Source: a virus
DNA: 64,000 nt
Direction: 5' to 3' (one strand)
Virus record (IMG/VR): IMGVR_UViG_3300025326_000025
The number at the start of each line of letters is the position of its first letter. Within the stretch, counting starts at the first letter, position 1. Shown piece after piece: positions 62,645-64,000 of this stretch. Made by a program: the position numbers and the translations under genes. The notes below the pieces were generated by a model. It saw only the letters and a program-made list of their open reading frames with translations. It was not told the origin of the DNA and searched no databases.

Positions 62645-63309
62645 AGATGCTCGTGGACCTCCCGTAGGGTGATGAGGCTCCAGAGGTAATCCCACGCGAA
62701 GTAGGACGCCTGCGCGTCGTACCCGGCGTCGTGCCACGTCTTCTTGCTCCCGGCCACTCGCATGTCCGTCCGGATCCGGTCCTCCGCGTGTCGCTTCGCC
62801 GCGGACTTCAACGCCGTCCACGAGAATCGGGACGCCTTCGCGAGCGTGAAACACACGCTGTTCAGGTCCGCGGAACGGTAGGAGAAGTATTTCGCAGACT
62901 CCGGGAGGTAGTGCCGGATGTACGGCATATCGAAGATCCCGACGTTCCATCCGATCGCGATGGCCTTCTTCCGCTCGACGCCCCACTCCTCGAGCCACAC
63001 GACGAGATTCTGGTCCACGATCTCCGGGCGCGGCCCGGCGCGTATCCTCTCGGCCGTGAACCCGTTCACCTCCATCGCTTCCTCCATCTCGTTCCAAGTG
63101 TCGTAGCCGATGTCCGAGACGAACAGTTGCGGACGTGGGTCCGGACCGGTGGACGAGGAAAGCCAAGACCCGGATGTGTAAACGCCGATCTGGATGAGCT
63201 GATGCTCAATCGGGGACCGATTACCCGTCATCTCGCCATCGAGCCCGAGGAACCATTCTCCGCCCATGTGATCGGTCCTGTGAAGCGCGGTATGATCGGC
63301 ACCCTTCAT
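62641..63309 (-). CDS. DEDDh 3'-5' exonuclease-like protein
   Basis: LDGEMTG, IGWNV.IFD..YI, DL.S, HDAGYDA. Confidence 0.85.
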   Translation of the reverse strand: MKGADHTALHRTDHMGGEWFLGLDGEMTGNRSPIEHQLIQIGVYTSGSWLSSSTGPDPRPQLFVSDIGYDTWNEMEEAMEVNGFTAERIRAGPRPEIVDQNLVVWLEEWGVERKKAIAIGWNVGIFDMPYIRHYLPESAKYFSYRSADLNSVCFTLAKASRFSWTALKSAAKRHAEDRIRTDMRVAGSKKTWHDAGYDAQASYFAWDYLWSLITLREVHEHL

Positions 63310-63566
63310 GCCGTCGGCGTCGATTCTTGCGTGGCGGGTGCCGGTCCCGCGGGCTTCGGCGTCGGCGCCTTTCGCTGGAGGATCGTGCGGAACGATTCCA
63401 CAAAGATCACGAGCGGTTGGATGGTCTCGACGACTCCCTGGTTCTTCTCTTGGTTGTGAACCGTCTCGAGTGTTACGCGGGTCTCACCAAGTTCGCTGAC
63501 GCGAAACTGTACCACAACTTCGTCGCCCACGCCGAGTTCTTTCTTGTTCCTGTCAAAGACGGGCAT
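63306..63566 (-). CDS. KOW/SH3-like small protein, paralog B (86 aa)
   Basis: FDRNKKELGVGDEVVVQFRV; start reassigned to 63566. Confidence 0.7.
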   Translation of the reverse strand: MPVFDRNKKELGVGDEVVVQFRVSELGETRVTLETVHNQEKNQGVVETIQPLVIFVESFRTILQRKAPTPKPAGPAPATQESTPTA

Positions 63567-63584
63567 GTCTCGGTGGTAATACAT

Positions 63585-63599
63585 GGCAACTACATGAAC
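63585..63599 (-). promoter_or_regulatory. TATA-like GTTGCC promoter
   Basis: GTTCATGTAGTTGCC, 25 nt before ATG 63566. Confidence 0.6.
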
Positions 63600-64000
63600 G
63601 CTTCGGTAAACCAAATGGTCACGCTGACGTGCGCGCGCATGACGACGGGCCAGAGAGGGTTCCAGCGACGGGCTCCGTAGACGAGGACGAGGGCATCTCC
63701 CGGCTCCAGCGTCATCGGATTCGGCGCGTAGTCCATATGTACCGCATGCGGGCCGGTCGGGTCCCGATAGTGATCCCAGTTCGTGAGTGCGAGGACGGAT
63801 CCGTCCGACGCCCTCGAGAGGGTGAACCAGAAATCGCCCCTCCCGCCGATGTCCATCCCGAGCCAGACCTGCACCTGCCAGATGTCTAGGACGGCGCCCG
63901 AGTCGTTCGTCCACCGCTTTACGAGATTCCGGGGTTCCGACCAGCCGAACCGCTGCGCCGGGAACGGACCCGTGTCGATGACTTGGACGCCGCGGAGGTT
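63590..64000 (-). CDS. Partial beta-rich protein (5' end beyond the window)
   Basis: Frame open to the window edge. Confidence 0.65.
   Translation of the reverse strand, partial: NLRGVQVIDTGPFPAQRFGWSEPRNLVKRWTNDSGAVLDIWQVQVWLGMDIGGRGDFWFTLSRASDGSVLALTNWDHYRDPTGPHAVHMDYAPNPMTLEPGDALVLVYGARRWNPLWPVVMRAHVSVTIWFTEAFM

Larger units (their letters stand above)
1..64000. mobile_element. Segment of a temperate archaeal tailed virus or provirus (siphovirus-like, no sheath gene seen)
   Basis: Terminase, portal, protease-scaffold, capsid, tail tube, G/GT chaperone, tape measure and integrase are all present. PCNA, TATA promoters and archaeal-type tRNAs point to an archaeal host. Confidence 0.92.

Overview
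The whole window reads as part of the genome of a temperate, siphovirus-like archaeal tailed virus (Caudoviricetes), roughly 63% GC by eye. No host housekeeping genes or attachment boundary were seen. Archaeal signs are a PCNA gene, TATA-type promoters about 25 nt upstream of leaderless starts, GAGGT(GA)-type ribosome binding sites, tRNA-Gln with A1-U72 and tRNA-Thr with U73; the host lineage cannot be determined from the sequence. A short + strand block (1-2627, small proteins and a tyrosine integrase) converges on a long - strand block. That block holds tail tip and adhesin genes, an 8-tRNA array, tape measure, a frameshifted tail chaperone, tail tube, connectors, a Ro60/TROVE locus, capsid, protease-scaffold, portal, terminase, a glycosylation module, PCNA, a DNA methyltransferase, an ATP-grasp protein and a DEDDh nuclease. 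The strongest unexpected signals are: (1) Ro60/TROVE flanked by two unannotated structured RNAs that share a conserved core, show compensatory base changes and each have a promoter (Y-RNA-like); (2) an ultra-compact tRNA array in which three tRNAs have C33 instead of the near-universal U33; (3) a CCANNAACCA motif found 14 times just upstream of morphogenesis starts, including two in-frame starts inside the protease-scaffold gene; (4) a TATA-GTTGCC early promoter that is palindromic in some copies; (5) a modular fibre system built from 20-aa 'LSD' repeats and paralogous three-repeat head domains. All protein family assignments come from motif recognition by eye, not database searches.
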